Shown here piece after piece: positions 9,658 to 18,224 of a stretch of DNA of 64,000 bases. A program made the translations under genes and the position numbers. How positions within the stretch are numbered: the first letter of the stretch is position 1; each line of letters opens with the position of its first letter. Location: sequence record NC_071015.1. One strand, written 5' to 3'. The notes under the pieces are model-generated. The model was not told the DNA's origin, did not search any database, and worked only from the letters and a program-made list of their open reading frames with translations.

Positions 9658-10276
9658 CTTTGTTCTCCAGACTCACCTGATCGATTTTCTTTTTGATGAT
9701 CGCAAGATCTTCTTGAATATCATAGATAAATCCCATCAGGTTTCGTAAATAGATTTTCATGTCTTTTGGATTGCATCCGTATCGATATTTCTTGTAGCAA
9801 CTCGATACTTCAAAGATGCAGTAATTAGATTTCATCCCGCCATCAACATGAATGAAAAGTGTTGCCCCAAAGCCGTCGTTTACATCAGCGTCGTTAAGAA
9901 ACTCTCGAACCACAAGTGGACCTTCGCCAGATTCTAAATGGTTATAGGCTTCTTCCGCCATTTCACCGACTAACTTCACTTTATTATGATAGGCGTCAAA
10001 TGACTTTTTGATGCTGTCGGTGTTATTATGGATATCGACTCGGGACCCGAGCCAATAGAAACACAAAAGCAAACTGAGCATGTACCGGCCATTTCGTTTC
10101 CATTTCTTGGTCTCTGGATTGTACTCTTGTGTTTCAGTAAAAGTGTGTGAGAAGATAAACCCTTTGGGATCAACAACCGAACCAAACAGTTTTCTTTTAT
10201 GCTTCACATGTTCGTTGGGATTCTTTTCCATATTTCTTTTATCACTCTTTAAGTCTTTCCGGTTATCGGTGATCAT
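9644..10276 (-). CDS. Hypothetical protein (family A)
   Basis: 210 aa; see paralog 8157..8759. Confidence 0.6.
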   Translation of the reverse strand: MITDNRKDLKSDKRNMEKNPNEHVKHKRKLFGSVVDPKGFIFSHTFTETQEYNPETKKWKRNGRYMLSLLLCFYWLGSRVDIHNNTDSIKKSFDAYHNKVKLVGEMAEEAYNHLESGEGPLVVREFLNDADVNDGFGATLFIHVDGGMKSNYCIFEVSSCYKKYRYGCNPKDMKIYLRNLMGFIYDIQEDLAIIKKKIDQVSLENKDDGH

Positions 10277-10369
10277 GATAGTTTTAGTGCTGTTCCGTAG
10301 TTCATAACGATCACCAAAAAGAAAGGGAAAGAAAACCTCCTCTGGACAATGCCAGAGGAGGAGCCGACA

Positions 10370-10828
10370 TTAGTCGAAGAGTTTCTTCGCGCGAGCGATG
10401 TTGGTTTCGCGGTAATCAGAATACCAGGCAACCATTTCTTCGGAATGCGGGTGATCGATGAAAGTCTGCGTACCACCAAAGATGGTATCTTCCCCAACCA
10501 CTTCGCGCAGGCGCGCATCGGAATTGAACGTCAGACCGCTAAACAGTTCCAGGCGACCGTCCCAGGCTTCCTGTTTGGTTTCACCGAACTGGTCGTGGGC
10601 GATTTCAGTGGTGGCTGCTTCAACCGCCAGACCCAGGCCGTTAATGCGATCCACTGCATAGTCCAGCACGTCGACGTCGTTTTTGAATTCGTAGTCTTTC
10701 TTTTCAGTGAAAGAGGACGGAATCTTGAACCCGATGTGGTGGGTGTCGGGATGAACTTCTGCGTTCTTCACCAGATCTTTGATTTCCGCTTCTACGACTT
10801 TACCAAAACCTTTATTTACTTTAGCCAT
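10370..10828 (-). CDS. Hypothetical protein, probably abundant
   Basis: 152 aa; strong codon bias; TATATATT element at about 10863-10870 upstream. Confidence 0.65.
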   Translation of the reverse strand: MAKVNKGFGKVVEAEIKDLVKNAEVHPDTHHIGFKIPSSFTEKKDYEFKNDVDVLDYAVDRINGLGLAVEAATTEIAHDQFGETKQEAWDGRLELFSGLTFNSDARLREVVGEDTIFGGTQTFIDHPHSEEMVAWYSDYRETNIARAKKLFD

Positions 10829-10883
10829 TACTTAAACCTTATTTAGAAATGTTTGACTTACAAATATATAGTTAGTGCAGTTT

Positions 10884-11336
10884 TTAACGAAGTGAATCGT
10901 AGGGGACTACAGTACCCGCTTTGTTTGTTCCGCGCGCTTTCATCACCATGAAGCAGTGAGAAAGTGCCAGCAATACAACGTGATAATTGAAGAGACGATC
11001 CCCATCAATTTCACCGGAATGCATGCTGACTTTGATCTTTCCATCGTACCGAGCATGAATCACTTCATTCAGAATGTGAGCATGTTGCTCAGCCACAGGG
11101 GTGTCTGTGATGGCGTGATCGACGACGACCCAAACTTCAGGCGGTTCGCCTTCCAGCACTTCAGCCAATGTGACAGCCGGGTAGGTAGGAATTTCACCGG
11201 TTCCGGTACGGCCGTTAAGATGCAATTTGATCTGCAACAGTACCGACTGATTATTCGACTTGCTCGCCCAGTTGCGCACGCGGTAAATTTCATGCAGTGT
11301 CATACCGCCGTAATCGACGCTTGATTCTTCCGACAC
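10884..11336 (-). CDS. Hypothetical protein
   Basis: 150 aa; SD AGGAG; candidate promoter upstream. Confidence 0.6.
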   Translation of the reverse strand: MSEESSVDYGGMTLHEIYRVRNWASKSNNQSVLLQIKLHLNGRTGTGEIPTYPAVTLAEVLEGEPPEVWVVVDHAITDTPVAEQHAHILNEVIHARYDGKIKVSMHSGEIDGDRLFNYHVVLLALSHCFMVMKARGTNKAGTVVPYDSLR

Positions 11337-11398
11337 AATAGACTCCTATTAATAAGAAGAACAGGAAGTACGTTGTCGTCTTCCCAGCATTTCTGCTT

Positions 11399-11422
11399 CA
11401 CGTTAATAATATATACCTGAAG
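11399..11422 (-). promoter_or_regulatory. Candidate early (vRNAP) promoter
   Basis: Minus strand CTTCAGG-TA-TATATTATTAACGTG; shares TTCAGG-N2-TATATTA with 58191 and a 14-nt core with 15557. Confidence 0.55.
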
Positions 11423-11433
11423 ATATATAGCGG

Positions 11434-11685
11434 CTACTTTTTGAATTTGGGATCGATCAGTTCAGGGAAACATCCGAGTAGTGCCGGAGGACTATAGACG
11501 GAATCTGTCTTCATGAACTGGCAACCTGTTTTTAAATCGGTGATGATGTAATCAACAGGAGCACTGGTTGTGGGTTGATACACTAATCGATCTTTTTCAA
11601 AAGGACCGGCTTCTTTTGGATTGATCGCTTGCTGGGCATGAGTAACCCCAGACAGTAACAACAACCCTAAAACAATCTTTCTCAT
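11434..11685 (-). CDS. Small exported protein
   Basis: 83 aa; signal peptide ending THA; two Cys (TGCQF, LGCF). Confidence 0.6.
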   Translation of the reverse strand: MRKIVLGLLLLSGVTHAQQAINPKEAGPFEKDRLVYQPTTSAPVDYIITDLKTGCQFMKTDSVYSPPALLGCFPELIDPKFKK

Positions 11686-11695
11686 CTCTTTTACC

Positions 11696-12148
11696 TTAAA
11701 TTGTGAAGCGAGCCGATACCGGAAAGAGTCGACCGCGTAGCAACACGACCTCTTTGTCCTCTGTAATGACCAGAGTCATTCTAGAGAGAAAAAGATCCTG
11801 GCGTAAAATATTATCCGGCCCGTAGGGAATTTGGATATCGCTTCTTAAAAGTTTATGACCGTTAACGGGCTGACGGATTGCGATACCGTGTTTGATGATC
11901 GCATCAGGAACATTAGCTTTGATTACCGCTTCGACATCCGGCTCGCTTTCCCGATCCTCGTTCATGTGTAATATGACGTACAAGCCCTTACCCATAATTT
12001 TAACGGCATCGGCGAGCGGTAGTTTATTCCCATCCCCAAATCTTTTTATCAGGTCACCGATCTCACTGACCATTTTATCCGTTATTTCTTGTTCCGACGG
12101 AGTCAGTCCACTGATAGGGTATTGTACTTCAGTTGCTTTAGACATCAT
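11696..12148 (-). CDS. Hypothetical protein
   Basis: 150-aa ORF in operon; SD GAGG. Confidence 0.55.
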   Translation of the reverse strand: MMSKATEVQYPISGLTPSEQEITDKMVSEIGDLIKRFGDGNKLPLADAVKIMGKGLYVILHMNEDRESEPDVEAVIKANVPDAIIKHGIAIRQPVNGHKLLRSDIQIPYGPDNILRQDLFLSRMTLVITEDKEVVLLRGRLFPVSARFTI

Positions 12149-12154
12149 TTTACC

Positions 12155-12982
12155 TCAGTTTAAAAGTAACCAGCCGCTAGGGTCTTTAGGTAATTCGCCG
12201 TTTTCCAGTTCAAGATGAACATCAATCCGATCACCACGAATGGCCAGAACGTAATCAGATTGGCTGGAAAATAGATTTACATGATCACTGCCGGTTTCCC
12301 ATCCCTTCCAGTCGTCTTCAAAGTAATGGGTTTGAATAGCAGTCCGCGGTTTAGCAGTCAGTAACTTTCCGATGATTTCCGTTACTTTCTTAACGTTGGT
12401 GCCTTTGTCATTGGGCATGAAATAACATATCTTGATTTCAGGCTCCGAGTTACGGATCAGATCGCTGATCATGTACATATCTTCCGTAGGAAGAAGTACA
12501 TCCAGATCGTCATCACGCAGCGCTTCCAGATTTTCTTTATCTAAAGCCTGAGTATAGAACCGAGGACCTTGGGGAACAAACGCCGCCTTATAGACATAAA
12601 GGTTGGAGCCTTTGTCAATAAAGAGCCCTACCTCTGCCAAAGAAAGTTGTTCTTTGGTGATGACCGAATCTTCAGCCAATGTAACTTCACCATTATCGGG
12701 ATCCATAGAGCCATGGACAACGGTGACCTTGGCATTAGGAAGCAATACCGAGACGTTGTTAACAATGCGGTCTACTTTTGCATTATTATCTTCATCGCCA
12801 ATAACTTCATTGTAAAGAGAAAGAATAAAAATCTCATCCGGATTGAGAATTCGCAACAGCAGTTCGATGGGATATTGCTTATCACCATATGACTTATAAT
12901 CTCTGAAGAAGTAAGCAACCTTCCTGCGATCCACTTTACTTTCTTTCTTCACCACACCTGAAACAATACTTGCTAATGACAT
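12155..12982 (-). CDS. Hypothetical protein (alpha/beta, possibly two domains)
   Basis: 275-aa ORF; SD GAGG. Confidence 0.55.
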   Translation of the reverse strand: MSLASIVSGVVKKESKVDRRKVAYFFRDYKSYGDKQYPIELLLRILNPDEIFILSLYNEVIGDEDNNAKVDRIVNNVSVLLPNAKVTVVHGSMDPDNGEVTLAEDSVITKEQLSLAEVGLFIDKGSNLYVYKAAFVPQGPRFYTQALDKENLEALRDDDLDVLLPTEDMYMISDLIRNSEPEIKICYFMPNDKGTNVKKVTEIIGKLLTAKPRTAIQTHYFEDDWKGWETGSDHVNLFSSQSDYVLAIRGDRIDVHLELENGELPKDPSGWLLLN

Positions 12983-12997
12983 AATGACCTCTGATAA

Positions 12998-13414
12998 TTA
13001 ACCTGGCTGCCAAACAAAATCTGGTTCTTCAGGTAAGATGGTATAAGGTGGGACTGAGACACCACCCGCGGAATTAACGTTCACGATTTCAATCGACCAA
13101 TCTAATCGCATTATGAGTGCAAGATCGGCGGTTTGAATTTTCTTCCCATCAACTTTGGTATCGTGAAACGCATAAGGAGGGCTGACTTTATCCTGACCTT
13201 CAGGAATGGGGCGACGATAAACCAGGTAAGTATCAAATTCCAGTTCATTGGGATCAAAAGACGCTGACTCAATACGCCCCAGTACTTTGTCAAGTTTGTC
13301 CACATTAAGCATGTTTTTCAAGGAATCATCAAAAGTATGACCCGGTTCAACTTCCAGCATGACGCAAACAGTTTTCGGACTGAGGTCCTCTAACAATTTT
13401 TCAAGAGTCAACAT
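12998..13414 (-). CDS. Hypothetical protein
   Basis: 138 aa; SD GGAGG. Confidence 0.6.
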   Translation of the reverse strand: MLTLEKLLEDLSPKTVCVMLEVEPGHTFDDSLKNMLNVDKLDKVLGRIESASFDPNELEFDTYLVYRRPIPEGQDKVSPPYAFHDTKVDGKKIQTADLALIMRLDWSIEIVNVNSAGGVSVPPYTILPEEPDFVWQPG

Positions 13415-13431
13415 AACAACCTCCGCATAAC

Positions 13432-13459
13432 AGGAGCTACAGGTTTCCCCATAGCTCCT
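13432..13459 (-). terminator. GNRA-loop hairpin terminator
   Basis: Minus-strand AGGAGCUAUGGG-GAAA-CCUGUAGCUCCU (two G-U pairs), followed by GUUAUG. Confidence 0.7.
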
Positions 13460-13467
13460 TAGTTAAG

Positions 13468-13641
13468 TTATCTAGATAAATATGTTTTAACGTCTTCAGC
13501 AGTTACATTATCAAGCCCTTTTTGAAAAGCAAGCTCAACAACCAAAGAACGTTTTATTTTCATCTGTGTTTCCGTTACCAGTCTTACCAGTAACGCGTCA
13601 ATTTTTTCATCGACGTTTCTTGACACATGAATCGTTGGTAT
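13468..13641 (-). CDS. Unannotated small ribbon-helix-helix-like DNA-binding protein (AUA start or amber read-through)
   Basis: (M)PTIHVSRNVDEKIDALLVRLVTETQMKIKRSLVVELAFQKGLDNVTAEDVKTYLSR*; AGGA 7 nt before ATA; in frame with upstream TAG. Confidence 0.55.
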   Translation of the reverse strand: MPTIHVSRNVDEKIDALLVRLVTETQMKIKRSLVVELAFQKGLDNVTAEDVKTYLSR

Positions 13642-13650
13642 TTTTAGATC

Positions 13651-14475
13651 CTACAAAAATACTTTCTTAACATCATTAAGATACGTTAAGAACTTTTTGC
13701 CGCTTTCTTCACCAAAGAAGATAAACGCGCGCTGGGCATACATAAGACGATCGGTAGAAATGCCGACCGCATACCGCCCATCAGGAAGACAGAACCTGAA
13801 TAGACGGACGTTAATGTCGCGAAGTTCAGGAACGGTCAACTTGTATTCCATAGCACCGTTCGTTGTCGCCTTGATCCCTTTAATGAGATCGTAGATAAAG
13901 GCCGTCCCTTCAAACTCCAGCTGGAACATTTCAAACGCATCGACAAACTCTACTTTATGAGGAAGTTCGGGGCGCTTCTTAAACTCCCACCAAGCAAATT
14001 TATCCTGATCCCCAAAATAGTCTTTACCGACTACAGACGTAAAGACTCCACCGTGGTCCGTGATAACGGTCTCCATTTGGTTTTTATAATTTCCCCAATA
14101 GAAACAGTTAAATGCACTCAGTAAGGCAACGAACGCCTCTAAGCCTTGAATAGACACTTTTCCAAATTGGCAGTTATTGGTGGAGACACTGACCTGATGA
14201 CGATGATAGTCTTTGCCGTTAAAATGCACCGGCTCTCGACCAAAGCTGAATTTGTCTTTAGGTGTACTTTTAACTTTACTCATTAACGAGACAATATCAT
14301 ATACTTCGTCTCTGTTAAATGACGGGCTTGTCCACCTGCCGGATGTCAGACGACAATGATCTTTAAAAATCTCTAAATGGGTGATGCGACCTGGATCAAC
14401 GTGCATTACCGCTAACGGTTTTGGCGGAATGTAGTTAAATTTATTATACGGGGCAACAGGTGTTGATTCTTTCAT
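13651..14475 (-). CDS. Hypothetical protein with repeated beta-rich + helix units
   Basis: Start moved to MKEST (SD GAGGAG); ends in TAG. Confidence 0.6.
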   Translation of the reverse strand: MKESTPVAPYNKFNYIPPKPLAVMHVDPGRITHLEIFKDHCRLTSGRWTSPSFNRDEVYDIVSLMSKVKSTPKDKFSFGREPVHFNGKDYHRHQVSVSTNNCQFGKVSIQGLEAFVALLSAFNCFYWGNYKNQMETVITDHGGVFTSVVGKDYFGDQDKFAWWEFKKRPELPHKVEFVDAFEMFQLEFEGTAFIYDLIKGIKATTNGAMEYKLTVPELRDINVRLFRFCLPDGRYAVGISTDRLMYAQRAFIFFGEESGKKFLTYLNDVKKVFL

Positions 14476-14551
14476 GATAAGCTCCTCGCTTATGTTGGTT
14501 GATGACATTTGTCAAAGGCTCCTCAGTCCTCCTGAGGTCACCCTGTATTAC

Positions 14552-15487
14552 TTACCGATCTTGCAGGAAATATTTTACGCCACCAATAAAGGTACGCAGA
14601 TGGTCAAAGTTGGTTTGATCCACCATGAACATCACCTTGTTATTAGTCGGTGCCATATCGGTATTAATGGTCAGCCATATTTTCCCGAAGGACTGCATGG
14701 TACTAATATAGGTGTTGTATTTCTTTAAAATAGGATGCTTGGTAAAAAGTAAATGAAGATGATCTTTATCGAGATTATCCTCAAGCTTTTCCAAACTTGC
14801 ATGAAGCGTTTCAATGAACTCTAACCAGGTCATGCCAGAGATGTGGTTAGACGCCCAGAAGAGTTCAGTACGACCATATCGCAGCGTAAGCTTCCCACTG
14901 TCCCCGTTTTGCACATAACGTAAGAACGACATGGGAACGTCATGACGATGATCACCGTGATGGGTTACCAAGAACATGGTCTGTTCCCGTTTCCCATTCG
15001 TATAGACTTCAGTGGTGTGGAATGGACAATCGGTTCCCTTCGGATTGGTTTCTCGGAAGTTCACCAACGACCCAATCAGATTGGTATAGAAGCTGTTAAC
15101 TTCGTCATGTGGAATGTTGTATCGCTCACCGTTGTCCAGGAACCACATCTGACGACAGTTAAAACGAATCCGCCCAATACTGGTGGTTACGGTGTAATCT
15201 TTTTCCGGGAACATCTTTATCCCGCTCAACAGGTGATTCAGTTCCGTGATCATCTTGCCCGCATCGGTAAAATTGAAGAACGCCGAGCGTTTGTTTTTGT
15301 TGTAGTTGAACTGCGCCAGCGGGGTGTTCAACTTAGCGGTGCTGGATCTCACGGTAGGGTGGTAATGAATCAGGAAGATCGGGTTGGTGGTATTCAGTAC
15401 TCGCGTAATACGTTTGGCACTACGATGGTAGCTTTCAAGCGTGTCACCATCAAACGAATTCAGATTGACTGCGGTAGCGATAGACAT
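14552..15487 (-). CDS. Hypothetical protein, possible distant paralog of 13651..14475
   Basis: Start moved to MSIAT (SD AAGGAG); C-termini align (GKIWLTINTD...VKYFLQD vs GRYAVGISTD...VKKVFL*D). Confidence 0.6.
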   Translation of the reverse strand: MSIATAVNLNSFDGDTLESYHRSAKRITRVLNTTNPIFLIHYHPTVRSSTAKLNTPLAQFNYNKNKRSAFFNFTDAGKMITELNHLLSGIKMFPEKDYTVTTSIGRIRFNCRQMWFLDNGERYNIPHDEVNSFYTNLIGSLVNFRETNPKGTDCPFHTTEVYTNGKREQTMFLVTHHGDHRHDVPMSFLRYVQNGDSGKLTLRYGRTELFWASNHISGMTWLEFIETLHASLEKLEDNLDKDHLHLLFTKHPILKKYNTYISTMQSFGKIWLTINTDMAPTNNKVMFMVDQTNFDHLRTFIGGVKYFLQDR

Positions 15488-15546
15488 ATTGAACTCCTTG
15501 TCGTTCAATAAAGAAAACGTTAACTTTGTTGTTAGTTAATTAATGT

Positions 15547-15579
15547 CTGAGATAGACACGTTAATAATATCTATCTCAG
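15547..15579 (-). promoter_or_regulatory. Candidate early promoter bracketed by 10-bp inverted repeat
   Basis: CTGAGATAGA-cacgttaataata-TCTATCTCAG; loop carries the ATATTATTAACGTG core shared with 11399. Confidence 0.6.
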
Positions 15580-15584
15580 TTTAG

Positions 15585-16157
15585 TTAGAAGGGTAATTCT
15601 GTTTCCATAGCAAACTGCATGAGTCTTTCTACGTCTACCTCTACTCCCTCATACGGTGCAGTAACAGCCCTGTGGAGTAAACAGGCACCAAAGAAATGTT
15701 CGGTAACGTTAAGTCGATCAATCGCCATCTGCGACAATTTGATCACCCCAATGACTTTAATGATCCCGACTTCATTAATCTCCAGCCGATAAGACAAAAG
15801 AGTGCCAGCAGACCAAGCTGGATCAATAACCAGTCCCGCAATCAACTCGTCAATAGTTTTAACTTCTTTCGTTCTTTCTCTTATACGGGAATACTCGACT
15901 TCGCCAATCGAAGTACCTACAAACCGATCCATCATCGGTCTGAGTTTTTCTTTGGTGATTAAAAAGGTTCGGTTGCCTACAGGAGAGTATTTGTTAAAGA
16001 ACGTCAAAATGCATTCAATCGTTCCATCTTCTTTAATGTCGTCTTTAGAAATAAGACGGCCTTTTTCAACGGATGCAGGTTGTACACCCACATCTTTAAA
16101 TTCCTTTACTCGCAGATCAATTGTGTCCTGATATTGCTTAGCGTCAAACGTTTCCAT
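15585..16157 (-). CDS. Degenerate prohead-protease paralog (catalytic residues lost)
   Basis: GEVEYS vs MEVEHP; IDPAWSAGTLLSYRL vs YDDTNICGLISEIKF; FGAC vs VSIR. Confidence 0.45.
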   Translation of the reverse strand: METFDAKQYQDTIDLRVKEFKDVGVQPASVEKGRLISKDDIKEDGTIECILTFFNKYSPVGNRTFLITKEKLRPMMDRFVGTSIGEVEYSRIRERTKEVKTIDELIAGLVIDPAWSAGTLLSYRLEINEVGIIKVIGVIKLSQMAIDRLNVTEHFFGACLLHRAVTAPYEGVEVDVERLMQFAMETELPF

Positions 16158-16166
16158 TTTGTTTCC

Positions 16167-16580
16167 TTAAATAATAAATTGTTTCCACCAGTGATCTTCT
16201 TCAGTACTGGCCGAAAGAGTATACTCGCCGTCAAAGTTAACCAGACGGGTTGTGATCTCGACTTCTTCTTCCATGGCGTACTTCACCAGAAACTCCGGTT
16301 GAATCAACATGGTAATGGAGCCGTTCAGCATAACGGAACCATTCAGGTTTCCACCCCCTACTGGCTCATAAGAACAAGTAAAGCAATTGATTATCCCCAA
16401 TCGACGATTAACATCTGAGGCAATATAGAACGCAGATCCCATCATGGATTTGGTTAATGACCGCACCATGTTGTAAAACACGTCTGATTCAGCTACCACA
16501 TTAGCAACCAGCAAACGCACGACAGGATCTTTCTCACCTTCAGTATAAAGACGCGCTGAAACCTCAGAAACTGTGTTCAT
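16167..16580 (-). CDS. Hypothetical protein (possibly a second, more degenerate protease-fold paralog)
   Basis: Start moved to MNTV (SD AAGGA); LGIINCFTCSYE and EITTR loosely parallel CGLISEIKFRFE and VSIR. Confidence 0.4.
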   Translation of the reverse strand: MNTVSEVSARLYTEGEKDPVVRLLVANVVAESDVFYNMVRSLTKSMMGSAFYIASDVNRRLGIINCFTCSYEPVGGGNLNGSVMLNGSITMLIQPEFLVKYAMEEEVEITTRLVNFDGEYTLSASTEEDHWWKQFII

Positions 16581-16604
16581 AATTTTCCTTATAAACAAAC
16601 ATAG

Positions 16605-16632
16605 AGTTAAGGAGGGATATCCCTCCTTAACT
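16605..16632 (-). terminator. Hairpin terminator
   Basis: AGTTAAGGAGGG-ATAT-CCCTCCTTAACT, 12-bp stem; followed by CTATGTTTGTTT on minus strand. Confidence 0.75.
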
Positions 16633-16640
16633 ACTACGAA

Positions 16641-17246
16641 TTAATACGGATGATAACCATGCTCAGAATCGAGCAGAAACGCCGTCAGCGCCATTTCAAC
16701 CTGTTCCAGGGTGATTGTCTGTTCTTCGGTCGTCGGCTCGCCCAGATCGATGTCATAGGTCTTTTTGACGTACTCACGCAGATCAGCTGCCTTGGAACTC
16801 AGAGCGAACTTCAGGATGTCTTGAGAAAGACCAAACAGGTTGACCAGCATCAGTTCGAACAGATGCTCGTGGTCGGTGATTTTCTGGCCGGAGATGTTCA
16901 GGATAATAGCATCTTGACGCCAGGTACGTGTGGTGACGTCTTGCTGCGCCAGCGGAACCAGATCCAGACCGATGATGCTGTTCAGGTATCGGATCAGTTT
17001 GACTGCGTACAGGTTGACCAGTTGGTATTTGACTTTGGTACCCATCTGTTCAACGATCGGGCACTGTTTGTCAGTGGTATAAAGAGACAGCCACACTTCG
17101 TTCATTTCTTTTAGTGTGTTACGAAGCGTAACGCCTTGAAGAGCCAGCTCGCGCACCTGCGTGGCAATACGCAGTGTAGACAGAGAAGGAAGTTTAACGG
17201 TGGTGGATTCCCAGTTAGCCGGAACGGCCAGAGTTTGTTCGGACAT
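16641..17246 (-). CDS. Hypothetical conserved protein next to prohead protease
   Basis: Start moved to MSEQT (SD AAAGGA); strong codon bias. Confidence 0.6.
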   Translation of the reverse strand: MSEQTLAVPANWESTTVKLPSLSTLRIATQVRELALQGVTLRNTLKEMNEVWLSLYTTDKQCPIVEQMGTKVKYQLVNLYAVKLIRYLNSIIGLDLVPLAQQDVTTRTWRQDAIILNISGQKITDHEHLFELMLVNLFGLSQDILKFALSSKAADLREYVKKTYDIDLGEPTTEEQTITLEQVEMALTAFLLDSEHGYHPY

Positions 17247-17340
17247 GTGCTTCTTTCCTTTCAACGAATAAGTGTGTAAATACACGACTCTAAAGAATAG
17301 TAATGGGTTAACGTAGAATAGAAATGAACATAAAAAATAA

Positions 17341-17364
17341 GTGAAGACCCCGAAGGATCCTCAC
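17341..17364 (-). terminator. Hairpin terminator after prohead protease
   Basis: GTGAAGACCC-CGAA-GGATCCTCAC imperfect stem; TTATTTTTT follows on minus strand. Confidence 0.6.
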
Positions 17365-17372
17365 TTACATTT

Positions 17373-18224
17373 TTAGAAGATATCCGTAAAGCTTTTACCT
17401 ACAACAGCAGTGTCGCCAGTACGGTAGTTGGTTTTGATGACATTCAGCATGTCACGGAAGTGATCTAACGCTTCCATCCCACCTACGTGTGCCAATGCTT
17501 CCTGGTTGTCAGTTGCGGTATGCAGCGCTTCATCCAGACGTTCAATGACTTCCGATACGCTAAACTTCTGCATGTTGTCATTCAAACCGAAGCTGTCAAG
17601 GAAGCTCTCACACCCAGCCGTCATGTGTTTATTGGCATGGATCATCCCAGGTTCAGAAACCCAGTCATACCCTGTCCAGTATTCCACATTCTTCTGCGTG
17701 TCACCTGGCTTAAACGGAGAGATCTGAGTACGAATCGAAACCGCAGTATTATGACGCGGGTTCATCAACGACTCTTTAAACTCTCCGCCACGTGGACCAA
17801 ACGGTTCACAGCAGATATAGTTCCAGATCGGCGCGCGCATGTTGCGTGGATCTTCAAAGCGGAATTTGATTTCGCTAATCAGTCCACAGATGTTGGTATC
17901 GTCATAAGAGCGCAGCCGGTTAATCCACTGAAGGACATCCGTCATAGGACGCTGGTATTTGATTCCGTTCTCAACAACATAGAAGACAGGCTGGGGATGT
18001 TCAACTTCCATTTTACAAAAGCCCATCTTCACTCGACGTTGTAAATCAGAGTTAGCCTCGAGTTGTGCCAGCACATAGTCGTTGGCAGGATAAACGATCC
18101 CTGCATGGTTAGGAATGTTGAACCCACCCGCGTTCAGCTCATACACGCCGTCAGCATTGGGCTTCAGAATCCCTTTCTTCCCGCTGTTGGCGAGAATGAT
18201 GTTACCTAAACTAATCTCAGACAT
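17373..18224 (-). CDS. Prohead (head maturation) protease, phiKZ gp175-like
   Basis: Catalytic His in MEVEHP, Ser in AVSIR, Asp in GYDWVSEPG; start MSEIS with SD GGAGG (track start 18236 also possible). Confidence 0.85.
   Translation of the reverse strand: MSEISLGNIILANSGKKGILKPNADGVYELNAGGFNIPNHAGIVYPANDYVLAQLEANSDLQRRVKMGFCKMEVEHPQPVFYVVENGIKYQRPMTDVLQWINRLRSYDDTNICGLISEIKFRFEDPRNMRAPIWNYICCEPFGPRGGEFKESLMNPRHNTAVSIRTQISPFKPGDTQKNVEYWTGYDWVSEPGMIHANKHMTAGCESFLDSFGLNDNMQKFSVSEVIERLDEALHTATDNQEALAHVGGMEALDHFRDMLNVIKTNYRTGDTAVVGKSFTDIF

Noticed and set aside
12155-13414. 275-aa and 138-aa genes as a two-domain/one-domain paralog set
   Set aside because: Similarity is limited to one short segment (DYVLAIRGD vs DLALIMRLD), too weak without profile alignment.
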